A DNA stretch of 62,882 nt, filler included, from Octopus bimaculoides (GCF_001194135.2; 5 parts of 5 records of this genome joined end to end with filler, not necessarily neighbours in it), one strand, 5' to 3'; shown: positions 13,604 to 25,897, counted from the first letter of the whole stretch. Numbers and translations are program-made. The notes: generated by a model not told the origin, from the sequence alone.

Positions 13604-13610
13604 TATTAAC
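13085..13610. repeat. Compound CAC/CCG/CAT triplet repeats spanning a gap
   Basis: Direct reading; gives the poly-H/D/S/I ORFs. Confidence 0.9.
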
Positions 13611-13925
13611 AAAACAGTTTAAGTCGCCGGACAAACTGCAGCAATTGTTTTGAGGTTAGCGGGGTATGTTCTTTTGTTCCACTCCTGCCACTGACAAATT
13701 TACTGCACTTCCTCCTGGAATCGATAAAATAAAGTACCAGTCAACTAAAAGAGTTTATTTAATTTGCTAACCCCATACCTCCACTAAAAAAAAGTATTGA
13801 AATCAAATCACAAACTCATTTGGCTCTTTTGTTTTGAGTTCAAATCCTTTAGTAGTCAACTTTGCCTTTCATTTTCCGAGTCGATAAAATAGAGTGCTAC
13901 TTCTTCCCCTAATAATGTTGGTCTT

Positions 13926-14225
13926 GTGCCTAATCCCTTAAAATCTGAGATTGCAAGGATTTGGAACATGCAATCTGTAAAGATTGTACCTGTGATAATT
14001 GGTGCATTAGGGATTGTGAGTGATGAATTAGACAAATGGATAAAGGAGACTGAGATGGAATCACGTGTAGAGCTTCTACAGAAGATTTGCCTCTTGGGAA
14101 CAGGGGAAATCATCAAAGAGGTTTGGAGCCCTTGATGGATTATTGAAACCATGTGGATATCTAAGGTTACAAGTAGTAAACCCCTACCCGCATAAATTAC
14201 CAGGAGTAAGATCGATCCCCAGTCA
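13926..14225 (+). mobile_element. R4/Dong-like non-LTR retrotransposon 3' end (REL endonuclease C-terminus) followed by (AAG)n
   Basis: EIARIWNMQSVKIVPVIIGALGIVSDELDKWIKE...LLQKICLLGTGEII matches the C-terminal signature of restriction-like-endonuclease LINEs. Confidence 0.8.
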
Positions 14226-14400
14226 AGAAGAAGAAGAAGAAGAAGAAGAAGAAGAAGAAGAAGAAGAAGAAGAAGAAGAAGAAGAAGAAGAAGAAGAAGA
14301 AGCTGGTGATGATGATGAGGAAGATTAGTATGTTGATGATGATGCCCTGATGCAGTACCAGGCAGTGACTCTCATGGCATCTAATCTTAACCGATTGAAA

Positions 14401-14896
14401 GTGTTATCATGTACATTGTTTTGTCTTGGTATAAAAGATGGGCTACATCAAATATTCTGCGCAATACCACAGATTTGCTTGTCAGTTGTTTCACCTTAAC
14501 CGGTCGAGCATGGCCCTTAGTGGCTGACGATGTGTGCATCTCTGATCACAAGCAGAAGTAGTGGGAGAGCCTCATAGCCATGTGTTGAGAAGAATTCTTT
14601 GAGGTTTGGATAATTCACCACTGGAAATATGGGTGTTTCGTTCAACATCCTTAAACAACCCTTATTCAGGGAGCTTTTGAGCAGGATGGGTTACTAAGCT
14701 CGAAGAAAATTTTCACTGGGCCCCACCTGAAAGGTCATGCGCTGTTTATCTTGGTATGAAATCGCCATGTCGCGCACATATGGTTATGATGCATGTGCCT
14801 GGTGTACCCTTATCAGACGGGTAGTCGTGATGAGTATATTGGGCTTCGTATATTTTGCCCAGTGTCACTTTGTTGGCATGCACTGCTCTCTCACTC
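14401..14896 (+). mobile_element. Non-coding ~500-bp dispersed element X, copy 1, with (AAT)n tail
   Basis: Highly similar to 49831-50328 from gtgttatcatgtacattg to ctgctctctcactc. Confidence 0.85.
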
Positions 14897-14920
14897 AATA
14901 ATAATAATAATAATAATAAT

Positions 14921-15650
14921 AATTGGTGCATTAGGGATTGTGAGTGGTGAATTAGACAAATGGATAAAGGAGACTGGGATGGAATCTCGTGTAGAGCTTC
15001 TACAGAAGAATGCTCCAAGTTGACACAGGAAAAATATAAGAAATGGAAGAATGACCAGATTGTAAAAGTTGTAGACTGGAAACTGTACAAGAAATGAGGA
15101 TTTGAAGCTGGAAACACATGGTACAATCATTGAGTCGAAAGAGTCCTGGAGTCGGAGAAATGTAAGATTTTGTGGGACTTTCCTTTTCAAACGGACAAGA
15201 AATTAGAAAATAATATACCAGACATAATCATTATAGATAAGGAAAAGCCAAGTTGCTTACTTATCGACCCATCATGCCCATTTTGATTCCAGGATTGTAA
15301 AGAAAGAGGAAGAAAAGCAAAAAAAAAAATAATAATAAATAAATAAATAAATAAAATACAATCCGTTAAAATTTAAAATAGGAAACATTTGGAACACGCG
15401 AACAGTAAAGCTCGTGTCTGCGCTGGGTACAGTAAGTCAAGATATAGATAAGATATGGCTGAGGGAAATTGAAATAGAATGTCTAGTAGAGTTCCTACGG
15501 AAAGTTTGTCTCTTAGGGATAGCAAGGATTATCAGGAGGGTTCTAAGCACATGAAAGACTGCCGAAAACTTGTGGATACCTAGGGTTACAGGTAGTAATT
15601 CGCTTCCACATAATTGGGAATTACTGGGATTAAGACTGAACATGGGACAA
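14921..15650 (+). mobile_element. R4/Dong-like REL-endonuclease fragments (chimeric)
   Basis: An 89-bp repeat of 13997-14085, then decayed CSKLTQEKYK..DWKL / KILWDFP FQTDKKLENNIPDIII / KVCLLGIARIIRRVL. Confidence 0.75.
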
Positions 15651-15669
15651 CCATAATAATAATATGGAA

Positions 15670-15877
15670 GTGTTATCATGTGCATTGTTTTGTCTTGGTA
15701 TAAAAGATGGGCTACAGCAAGGTCATGCACTGTTTATGAGATCGCTATGTTGTGCACATATGGTTGTGATGCATGTGCCTGGTGTACCCTTGTCAGACGG
15801 GTAGTCATGATGGGTATACTGGGCTTCATATATTTTACCCCAGTGTCACTTTGATGGCACACACTGCTCTCTCACTC
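15670..15877 (+). mobile_element. Element X copy 2 (internally deleted), followed by (AAT)n(AAG)n
   Basis: Same 5' and 3' ends as copies 1 and 3, with the middle (~290 bp) missing. Confidence 0.85.
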
Positions 15878-15946
<69 letters not shown>

Positions 15947-16189
15947 AAGAAGAAGAAGAAGAAGAAGAAGAAGAAGAAGAAGAAGAAGAAGAATTGTTGT
16001 TGCGGTTGTTGTTGCTTCTGTTGCTCTTCTTCTTCTTTTCTTCTTCTTCTTCTTCTTCTTCTTCTTCTTCGGACACCAGGCATAAACTTGGTACAAGACT
16101 AAATAAAAGTAAGATAAAAAAAAACCATGGGATTGCACCTAGAAGGTTACCCTCTCAGGCACAAGTCCGGGCAAGTTTGTTTATGGAAG

Positions 16190-16435
16190 ACCAGCAGTCG
16201 GCCATGCATACCAGTCTCCTTTCTCCATGCCACTGATGTTATCCAAGGGAAAGGTAAAGGCTGATATAGCTTGGCACCAGTGATGTTGCAATTCATTTCT
16301 ACAGATGAGAATTAGAGCAACATTAAATAAAGTGTTCTGCTCAAGAACACAACACACAGCCCGGTCCGGGAATCGAACTCACAATCCCACGACTGTAAAC
16401 CCGTCGCCCTAACCACTGAGCCATGCGCCTTCACG
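16190..16435 (-). mobile_element. tRNA-derived SINE
   Basis: Minus strand reads ggcgcaTGGCTCAGTGGttagggcg...GTTCGATTCCcgg (A and B boxes), then a non-tRNA body. Confidence 0.75.
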
Positions 16436-17633
16436 CAAGACGAAATATTGCAATGGTTAAACGAGGCAAAAGGAGAACAAAGAAACAAAATATGCAACTG
16501 AATGAACAAAAAGAAGGCAAAAATTAGCATTTTAATGAACAATTAATAGGAAAGCATTCCCAACAGTCTAACAAAATAATTGAATTTAGTAATAATAAAA
16601 ACCACAAAAGCGATACTCGTAGTGACGGACATTTAATATTGCTCATACTGTGGCTCTGTTAAAGCTAATTTTACCCTACTTGTAACACGAACGGAATGTT
16701 TAGATATGACACAGTTTCCAGAAAATAAAGTTGTTGAGAGAATTTTGTAAAACTAGACTTTGCTATTTTGCCGTGAGACTTAATCCAAGAAAGAGAGAAA
16801 AAGGAAAAGAGAAAGAGAGGGAAACAGAGAGAGAGAGAGAAATTTATTTCAGGTAAGTTGGCGCAGGATTAGAATTACTATTGAAGCAACAACAACAACA
16901 ACAGAACACTCCAGGATGCTTCCAAAGAAATACTCTCAACTTTCTGCTACTATCTGCTACAATTTCAAAACCGAAAACTCAGTCAGAACAAAGGCGGAAA
17001 TTGTTAGATACATCTCCACTCATACAACTGTACACCAGTATATGGACCAAAAAATATTAAGGTAATCATATATGACATTAGAAACAATGTGAATTATAAT
17101 AGAACTGTGTCCAGTTGGGAAGCAGCCAAGGCAAAAGACGTGATTGATGGTTCAGGGCAAAAAGCCTGGTTACTATATACGTCGTAGTAAGAACCACTTC
17201 AGAGCCGTTTAGCTTAAATGTCTAGAAAAAAATAGACCAGAAAACGGGTAGGGAAAGTAACGGAGGCCATCCGAGGCAGCAACATGCCTCGTTTTTCTGA
17301 ATACGTTCAGTCAAACTTCAGAAATGCTGGAAGAGATTGCCTCGTATCTAGTCTTAAAAACAAGCGAGTAGACACCGTGTTCCCTAAACGTAGGATCAGT
17401 CTACTATCGAGTGATAAAGAAGAGATAGTGTTTGCAGAGAAAAGCGTCTAAACTGTCGGCGGGAAATACAAAAGGAAATAAGTAAAAGATACTCGCAAAA
17501 GAAAAGTCAATACAAAACATATGTAACGGATTAGAAGGAACGACTTCATCAAAACAAAATGACACTCCTTCTGAGAAGAAGAGGTGGACGAAAAGTGAGA
17601 TTCAGCATCTTTCGAAAGATTAAATCGACAACT

Positions 17634-17823
17634 AGGCGCAGGAGTGGTTGTGTGGTAAGTAGCTTGCTTACCAACCACATGGTTCTGGATTCAGTCCCAC
17701 TGCGTGGCACCTTGGGCAAGTGTCTTCTACTATAGCCTCGGACCGACCAAAGCCATGTGAGTGGATTTGGTAGACGGAAAGTGAAAGAAGCCTGTCGTAT
17801 GTATATGTATATGCATAGATATA

Positions 17824-17881
<58 letters not shown>

Positions 17882-18095
17882 TGTGTCTGTGCTTGTCCCC
17901 CAACATCGCTTGACAACCGATGCTGGTGTGTTTACGTCCTCGTAACTTAGCCGTTCAGCAAAAGAGACCGATAGAATAAGTACTAGACTTACAAAGAATA
18001 AGTCCTGGGGTCTATTTGCTCGACTAAAGGCGGGGCTCCAGCATGGCCGCAGTCAAATGACTGAAACAAGTAAAAGAGTAAAAGAGAGTAAAGAG
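17634..18095 (+). mobile_element. SINE family B with tRNA-like head, internal (GT)n and (TAAAAGAG)n tail
   Basis: Homologous pieces at 37178-37365 (+), 46985-47310 (-) and 51140-51290 (-). Confidence 0.85.
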
Positions 18096-18864
18096 GGACT
18101 TATAAATAAAACCACGTATCTATAGTTTCAGAGGTATTCCTATGAGGTAAAAATGACAGAGGCACAGTTTGGTGTGGAATACAGGAATCTCGCAGAAGTA
18201 AAAACAAAACAAAATCATTGTAACAACATGGAACAGTCCTATCCTGGAGCTGTAGATATTTATCTATCCCAACCGATTGTTAACGTGTGCCTTTGGGTGC
18301 ACGAGACAAAAGTAAATGCAATGATAGAGGAGTAATGACACAAGTTGCTCTAACCTGGCCAAACAGGATGCTGCTCTAACCTGAATATCCATGCGTTAAT
18401 TATTGTACTTTTCGTATTTCCGTGCAAATATTTGTTTCATAATATTTATGTGTTTACACGCGCGCGCACGCAAACAAATTATTTGTCTCGTCTCACACGT
18501 CTTTGTAAGCCCTGGTTAACGTTTCTTTGTAATTTTTATGAATCAATTCGTGCCTTTGTGACTAATAAAGAAATGCTGTTGTTGGTGTTGTCGCCATCGT
18601 CGTTATTACGGCTACAGATTGGCAGAATCGTTTCAGCGTCGAACGAAATTCCTTGCAATATCTACTGGCGGTTCTTTGCTGCAGCTTTTCTCCCTTTCGC
18701 AATCAGTCAAATAAAATACCAGTCAAGTACTGAGGTCAATGTAATCGACTAATCCCTTCCCCTTAAGATTGCTGGTCTCGAGCCAAACTTTAAAACATTA
18801 TTTCTATTATTTAGAAATAATACATTTCTAAATCTCTCAGAGAGATTTATGCAGTAGCGATACG

Positions 18865-19223
18865 ATGAAGTAGTTGTATGCTGTCAACTTAGTGTGACAG
18901 TCCCCTGAAGGGAATAATACTACTGTTGGTTAGACCTAGGAAGCTGCACCGTTTCCTGTCGGCCTTGACACATTTCCTGTGACAGGCATCTTCGACTAGC
19001 AGGTCATGCTACTCCAGACTGATCACGAGCAAAGACTGAGAAACATGTCTCTGGATGCAGGCTTAGCTGGGTAGAAGTGCTTGTCTCCCCCTTGTAAACA
19101 TAAGGACACAGGAAATGCGTCAAGGCCGACAGGAAGCGGTGCAGCTTCCTAGGTCTAACCAACAGTAGTATTATTCCCTTCAGGGGACTGTCACATTAAG
19201 TTGACAGCATACAACTACTTCAT
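18865..19223. repeat. Long inverted repeat (foldback): 117-bp arms, 125-bp spacer
   Basis: Arms at 18865-18981 and 19107-19223 differ at only 3 positions. Confidence 0.95.
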
Positions 19224-21299
19224 TATTTCTATTCTTGTTAAGATAGGAAGCAGGCAGAATCGATAGCGTGTTGGACAAAATGCTTAGCAATATTTCTTCT
19301 GGCTCTTTACGCTCTGAGTTCAAATACAGTCGAAGTCAACTTTACCTTTCATCCTTCGGTGGAGTGGCGACATAAAATAAAGTACCAGTCAAATAATGAA
19401 ATCGATGTAATCGACTCAACCCGTCCCTGCCTAAAAATTGCCGGCCTTGAAGCTATCATTATTTTTGTTGTTGTTATAGCTGTCTATGTTGTTGCTGTTG
19501 TTTTCTTTTTTCTTAATTATCGGCTCTTAAAACAGTTTCTTTTTTGACTCAGTAACTGGATCCCAACTTGAGATTAAGCTTTAGTCTACATGCGAAATAT
19601 TCTCAGTATCTTAGTAGTTTCCAAAACATACAATGTTCTGCAACTGTTTCTTTTGCATATAATTTCACTCTAAACATCTCTAGGTGTTGAATTTCTCTTT
19701 GAGAGTGCCAACTACTTTAATAACAACCAACACTGAACCATTTTTAATACTTTTCGTTCTTTTTGATCGCAATCTCCAGATCACGGCATTTGTTATTCTT
19801 ATTAACTTCTTTTGTTAGTATAATAATTTCTACTATTAGCCAAAAGCCAGGTACTTGAGGGAGGTGGGGGTATAGTGTAATATATCGATAGTAAAATAAG
19901 GTACTTGAAAGGCCTTCTACCGGCACCAGAAGTATTACTGATCTCAAACAATCGTCTCTAAATATAAACTTTTTTCTCCTATCCTACCGATTGTGCCAAT
20001 ATGCTGCCTTATATACATTTGTTTCTAAAATAAACATAAATCTATATATTTCAAAGGGAGGTACACTCAATTATATCGACTTGATTGGTTCTTTTTTAAT
20101 GACCAAAGTTGTCTTCGGCAGGATTTGAACTCAGAACGCCATCATATCATCTAGTCGAGCTTTCCCGTATTTTCGCAACTCAGTCACTCAATGCATCACG
20201 ATATAGCATCCGAGAGGCTAGCATGGAAATATCCCGAGCCGTACAGAATTAGTTGATGAAAATTTTTAACTGCTCGGTCGCTGTCTATACCTATGTCGGG
20301 ATATAGATCTTGCTTAGCTCTCCAACAATCTTATTCACAGCATCTCTTAAATGATTTTAACTGCAAGACTGCTTTTAAAATGATGCGCTTGTGCTATTCC
20401 TATTCATCATCTGATTATGCTGCGTTCTTCGCTCTTCAATTGACTATATTAAAGTACTAGGCTTCACTTTTACAAAATCCACCACAACAATAACAGACGA
20501 TAACGATATTACTGTCATTGTAGACATTCTCAGACGCCACCACCCTTCTACATGATCTTGAAAGTGCGTTTGAAGATATTGGTCTTTATGGCAGTGACCT
20601 TAAAGCCTGAGCACATCTTTTACAGTCAGGAGAACTCAATAAGTAAAATCAAGTAAAACCTTTTAAAATCTGTAAGCTTCTTCGTATACTTGGTAAATAG
20701 CATCATTTGTCTAACGAAAACGAATTGTTCTTGATCGTTTCAATATCACCTGCAAGTCATTGTTACCTAATAGTCTTATGGGAAGCTTCTTCTGTGGTGT
20801 CTTGTGGAATCAGTTCTTTTGTATGGGTTCACTACTTCTGTACTGGAGGCTTGGCTTGGCTTGGCTTAGTGGAACTCAGACCCGTACGTTACGAACAGTT
20901 TCAAATATTTTCTGGGAAAAGAATTCGACGGAACTCAGAAAGGAAACGATCAGGACTAAATATTACAAGCGCCGTCATCCAGCGAACAGCTTCATTCTGA
21001 AAATGTCTCATTTGCACATACTTGTTATATTCCAATGTTTGTGATTCTGCTTGGCATGTACTCAAACAAGTACCCAGTCACTTCATGTACATGCTCCTTG
21101 AAAATCAACGAGTAAAAGTAATTTGCCCCTTTGTAATGTATTCACAAATATTTAGAAGCCATGTCTAATTCGCTTCTTCGTCAAATGCGTGGAACATTTT
21201 GCTCTCACAATCAACCTCCATCTCCCATTTTTAGCAAACAATTCGCAAAATAGAATTTAATGCTTTTCCTTGTGTTGAAAGCATTAAGCTGTTTGTCAA

Positions 21300-21950
21300 T
21301 CTTTTAAGCTGTACAGCCATGCATAGTAAGGTTCTTTAACAACATGAGGTTCACCGAACAGCTTCAAGTATCTTCCGAGTAGAGGCTTAGCGCGTTTTAA
21401 CATGTTCTTTTGAATGGCGTTTTAAATGTGATCACAGGCTCATGCAACCTTAATGTTTTTCCCTTTTAGTTTTACATCAGCTGCAATTTTTGAAGAACAA
21501 CTATTAGATTCTATGCTTTGATGCATTAATTTTTACCTCCTTTAATGCATTTTCTCAATTCTAATCCTAACAACATGCGTCTTAACTCTGCATGGAATGT
21601 TGCATTCGTTAGTATATGCATAAATATACTTTTAATATTTCTTTTCAGTAGTGGACACTACTTATTAAACGTGTATTGTTGCCTGGTGTCCATGTTTTTG
21701 TATTTTACATAGGTGAATAATACTGTGAAGTTTCAGTGTTTTTTCCTGATGTCTTTTAATAACATAGAACGTGCTAATTATGATACATTCATCCATCACA
21801 TATATTTTGCTATAATTTCTTAATCCATATAGTTTGATAGTTTTTACTTTTTCTCTTATGTTTTAAGAAAGAATTTGATATATCTACGACAAAAGACATT
21901 CTTCTATGAAGACGTCTGCATGGTTTCCTTTGATTTTCCTATCAGTTTGC
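21300..21950 (-). mobile_element. Possible highly decayed Helitron/PIF1-like helicase remnant
   Basis: Scattered motif-like peptides by eye (IYVMDEC, MDTRQ, FANCLLKMGDG) interrupted by stops; weak. Confidence 0.25.
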
Positions 21951-22003
21951 ACAGGTATATGCTAGAGTGTTGTGGACTGATAGATTTCGGTGTTTGTTAG
22001 TAT

Positions 22004-22380
22004 GCATGGCCCAGTGGTTAGGGCAGCGGACTCGCGGTCGTAGGATCGCGGTTTCGATCCACAGACCGAGTGTTGTAAGTGTTTATTGAGCGAAAACACC
22101 TAAAGCTCCACGAGGCTCCGGCAGGGGATGGTGGCGAACCCTGCTGTACTCTTCCACCACAACTTTCCCTCACTCTATCTTCCTGTTTCTGTTGTACCTG
22201 TATTTCAAATGCCCAGCCTTGTCACATACAGTGTCACGCTGAATCTCTCCGAGAACTACGTTAAGGGTACACGTGTCTGTGGAGTGCTCAGCCACTTGCA
22301 CATTAATTTCACGAGCAGGTTGTTCCGTTGATCGGATCAACTGGAACCCTTGTCGTCGTAACCGACGGAGTGCCAACAAC
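22004..22380 (+). mobile_element. tRNA-derived SINE family C with long central domain
   Basis: TGGCCCAGTGG A box and GTTTCGATCC B box. Homologous copies at 47737-48106 (-) and about 56065-56330 (+). Confidence 0.85.
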
Positions 22381-22904
22381 GTGTATGCATTATTAAAGGT
22401 CTATATTAAGGTGGTGATTCTGGCAAAAACATCTAAGTTCAAATTCTGCCAAGGTCGACTTTGCCTTTCATCCTTTCGGGACCGTGAAATAAGTATCAGT
22501 TAAGCACTGGGGTCGACGTAATCGACTACACCCCCACTCCCTAGAAATTTTCAAGCCTCACATCTTTAATAGAAAAGAATATTATAGGTCTACATGTATA
22601 TATGAGGTGGTGAGCGGACAGAATCGTTATCGCACCGGACAAAATACTTTGCGGCTTTTCTTCCGGCTCTTTGCGTTATGAGTCCAAATGCCTCCGAAGT
22701 TGACTTAGCCCTACATCCTTTCGGATGTCAATAAAATAAGTACCAGCTGAGCATTGGGGTCGATGTAACTGACATCCATCTCTCCTCAAATTTACTGGCC
22801 TTGTGCCAAATTTAGAGAAGATTATTATAAGTCTACGAGCTGGCAGAATTGATAATGTTTATATATTATTATAGTGTTTATATATTATTATTATTTAAAA
22901 AAAA

Positions 22905-23257
22905 TTTTATAACGTGCTTTCACTTCACTACCGAGCGCAGCTCTGTGTGCCTTGGGTATGTGCTGTGGTTTGCTGTGATGCTCTTATGGTTACTGTATTG
23001 AAAGTGTTTTGCGTAGGATGTGTGCAGTGCCCAGTAGTGCAATTTTTTGTATGTTATATATATTTGTAAGTCCTGGTGTTTTTGCTATGTATTTGTCTGA
23101 ATCTTTTTTTATTATACCTAAGGCACCTACTATGATAGGAATTGTTTCTGTTTTTAGATTCCACATTCGAGTTACCTCTATTTCCAGGTCTTTGTATTTT
23201 GAAAGTTTTTCCATTTTTTTAGGGAAACGTTGTCATCTGCTGGTATTGATACATCAA
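22905..23257 (-). mobile_element. R4/Dong-like REL LINE 3' end with 3'UTR
   Basis: EKLSKYKDLEIEVTRMWNLKTETIPIIVGALGII...QKIALLGTAHILRKTLSIQ*. The 3'UTR matches 52255-52365. Confidence 0.88.
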
Positions 23258-23357
23258 NNNNNNNNNNNNNNNNNNNNNNNNNNNNNNNNNNNNNNNNNNN
23301 NTTAATTAATTAANNNNNNNNNNNNNNNNNNNNNNNNNNNNNNNNNNNNNNNNNNNN
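23258..23357. other. 100-bp placeholder gap: 44 N + TTAATTAATTAA + 44 N (also at 29240, 46929 and 55787)
   Basis: The same 12-mer is centred in four gaps, so it is an assembly linker. Confidence 0.95.
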
Positions 23358-23465
23358 GACCACGAAGGACCAGTCTTTGTTTTTTCTGTCCGTCTTTTTG
23401 TTATTTTTCCTGTCCATCCTTATATCGTCTATCTGCCCGGATTTTTATTATCGTCTGTTGCGTTC

Positions 23466-23760
23466 TTGCATATAAATGTGCCGTGCACACAAGGGAGGGG
23501 GCCTTATGTTTACATTGGGCAGACGGCTGATTCATTTAAGAATCGTTATCGTAACCATGTTGCCAGCTTTAAGTCAATCAATAAGAGACATTCAACATCT
23601 TTGGTGGATTTTATATGGCGCCTGAAGGAGAGTAAAACGAAGCACAACATTGATTGGTCCATAGTTAGACATGCAAAACCATACAATATAATTTCCAGGA
23701 GATGCCGTCTCTGCTCCGAGGAATCTCTCAGTAAACTGTGGGCTAACGAGAGAAGATAAT
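23466..23760 (+). mobile_element. Penelope-like element GIY-YIG endonuclease fragment
   Basis: YIGQTADSFKNRYRNHVASF...LVDFIWRLKE...WSIV...RCRLCSEE. Confidence 0.85.
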
Positions 23761-24378
23761 TAATGTAATTTCTGAAAGACTATCGAGTTGCCTACACACA
23801 TATAAATGTACTTTCGCACAATGCAGTGAGAATGAATTTTGAGTAACCGTTAACTTAATTTAATTTACTTTAAGGTATGGATGATTTAAGTTTACTTTTA
23901 AACTCCCCATTCTTATTAATACCAAGTAAATAACTAACTCGCTTTGTGATCATAAGCGTACCAAACCTCGCGTGTGGACATTTTTGCTGCTGCTTGTACT
24001 CGCACCGTGCAGCTTGCCCGACGGTGTTTATACATCCATATCTGTTAACGGTTATTTTTAATGCTTTTCTCGTTGGATTGTGTGTTCGTTTCTCTTTTTG
24101 TCAACTGCAATTTTATGTTTGATCTTCTATATATATGAAGACTTTTCCTCCGTGCGGCTGTTTTTCTCTCTACAAAACGAACAGTTATATTGCGGAACAA
24201 TCTTTTTAACGAGTGGGTTTTATTTCTTTATCAACCTACGAGATACATCTGCACCGCCAGATGCTCATGAACCAGTTGTTGAGTGTCCCACCCAAGAGGA
24301 TTCGATGCTAGATGTATCGAAATAATCATCGTGATTAATAATACATTCTCGTATATTCCAACTTCTGTTTTTTAATTG

Positions 24379-24420
<42 letters not shown>

Positions 24421-24603
24421 ACACACACACACACATATACATACACACACACACATACACACACACACACATACACACATATATATACCAAAGTAAGCAC
24501 ATAAATGTGAAACAAGGTGGGAAAAATAGTACTAGAATACCGGTGGCAGAGTAATAAGCATTTTTATTAAAGCTGCAAAAACATCCCAAAGATATCGCAA
24601 AAA

Positions 24604-24643
24604 TCTGTTACTCAGACTTTCACGTTCCCGTTCGTTGGACAGT
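24604..24643 (-). ncRNA. Degenerate minimal hammerhead-like motif (copy of the 24838 motif, inverted)
   Basis: actgt-CCAACGA-ACG-ggaa-CGT-GAAA-gtctgag-TA-acag: stem I ctgt/acag and stem II ACG/CGT. Confidence 0.45.
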
Positions 24644-24837
24644 TTTAATTGAAAATGGAACAAGAATTAAAGTTCGATGCATAAATTTTTAATGTTATTA
24701 TTCATATCACCGGTTTTTTAAGCCGTTAGTTGAAGCTACCAATGAAATGAAACCAAAAGCAAAAGTGTATCTGTCAATATAAATTGTATTTATGTCTATG
24801 CGTATAACATTAGTTCTTGTTCCATTGTCAATCGAAC

Positions 24838-24876
24838 GTGTCCGACGAACGGATACGTGAAACTCTGGGTACCAGT
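24838..24876 (+). ncRNA. Degenerate minimal hammerhead-like motif upstream of the Penelope RT fragment
   Basis: CCGACGA-ACG-gata-CGT-GAAAC-tctgg-GTA-ccag. Confidence 0.45.
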
Positions 24877-25053
24877 TTTTTGTGATAATCTTTAGATGAT
24901 TTTTCAGCTTTAGTAATGTGTGTGTGCGTCTGTGTGAATGTTGTTGCGTCTGTGTGAGTGTGTGTGCGCGTGTGTGCAGATGCCTTAGCAAAACCCTGAT
25001 TTGAAGGTAAACTATGGACGAGTTGTGATACACCTGACAATTTCGATAACACC

Positions 25054-25440
25054 ATGGGATCGAGAGACACGGCCCATGTTACTGATCTACTTGCAATCTA
25101 CCTACTGCACTGTCTTAGTATTGAGCTCTCTGACCTTCATGGTGGTCTTTATAGGGAAGACGATTTATTTGTTAAACATAATAAGTCTAAAGTTGTCTTA
25201 GAAAGGACACGTATGGAAATTAAGAAATACTTTAGAAAATTGAACCTAGACTTAAACTTTGAGTATGATACTAAACTAGTAAATTTCTTGTATGTGAAAT
25301 TAAACCTGAGTTCTGGATTACACTCTCCGTATACAAAATCCTGAAGAAATTCCTTAGTACGTAAAGACATTTTCCATTCACCCCTGTGTAATAAAATCAT
25401 TAGGAATGGGAATTTTACAAAGGATTACGTGAATATCAGC
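25054..25440 (+). mobile_element. Penelope-like element reverse transcriptase fragment
   Basis: GLYREDDL (YRDD-like), VNFLYVKLNLSSGLHSPYTK (NFLDV-like) and the following SFHSP-like motif. Confidence 0.8.
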
Positions 25441-25856
25441 TAATGCAGATATATTTAATTCCTGTTCTCATTTTTACAATTCTGCTCAATCTAACGAGAT
25501 ATTGCATTTGGAAACGTTGACTATAAGAATAATAATAAATTACCTCATAGGCAGATTAGTGAAGCTAAATCGACTGATAAAGTTACCCTGGATTCTCGGA
25601 ATATTGTCCATCATGATAACTTAACTGAATTGTCTGCATTATAATAATGAAAACAGGGCTAAAGTAAAATGAAATCCAATACTTAGATCTAGTAGAAGTG
25701 ATCCTAAGAGTCCGAATAAAAAATCCCTAGTATGAAGAGTAGTAATAAATGTTTAGATAATAGAGTCAAAATGTGTCTAATAAGCATACAATAAACGAGG
25801 AGCTCGGTTTAGAAAATAGTAGCAACACTAACTGTAGCAATAATATAAGCATTTAT

Positions 25857-25897
<41 letters not shown>

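Noticed and set aside
16850-17600. Possible LINE RT remnant
   Set aside because: Only vague motif resemblance; it cannot be supported without a search.
24707-25005. Minus-strand ORF with a phase-2-compatible acceptor (aatcag|GGTTTTG) as a possible last Tiki exon
   Set aside because: It is made of a degenerate (CA)n tract plus the antisense of the Penelope-associated inverted repeat, with no Tiki similarity and no convincing hydrophobic anchor.
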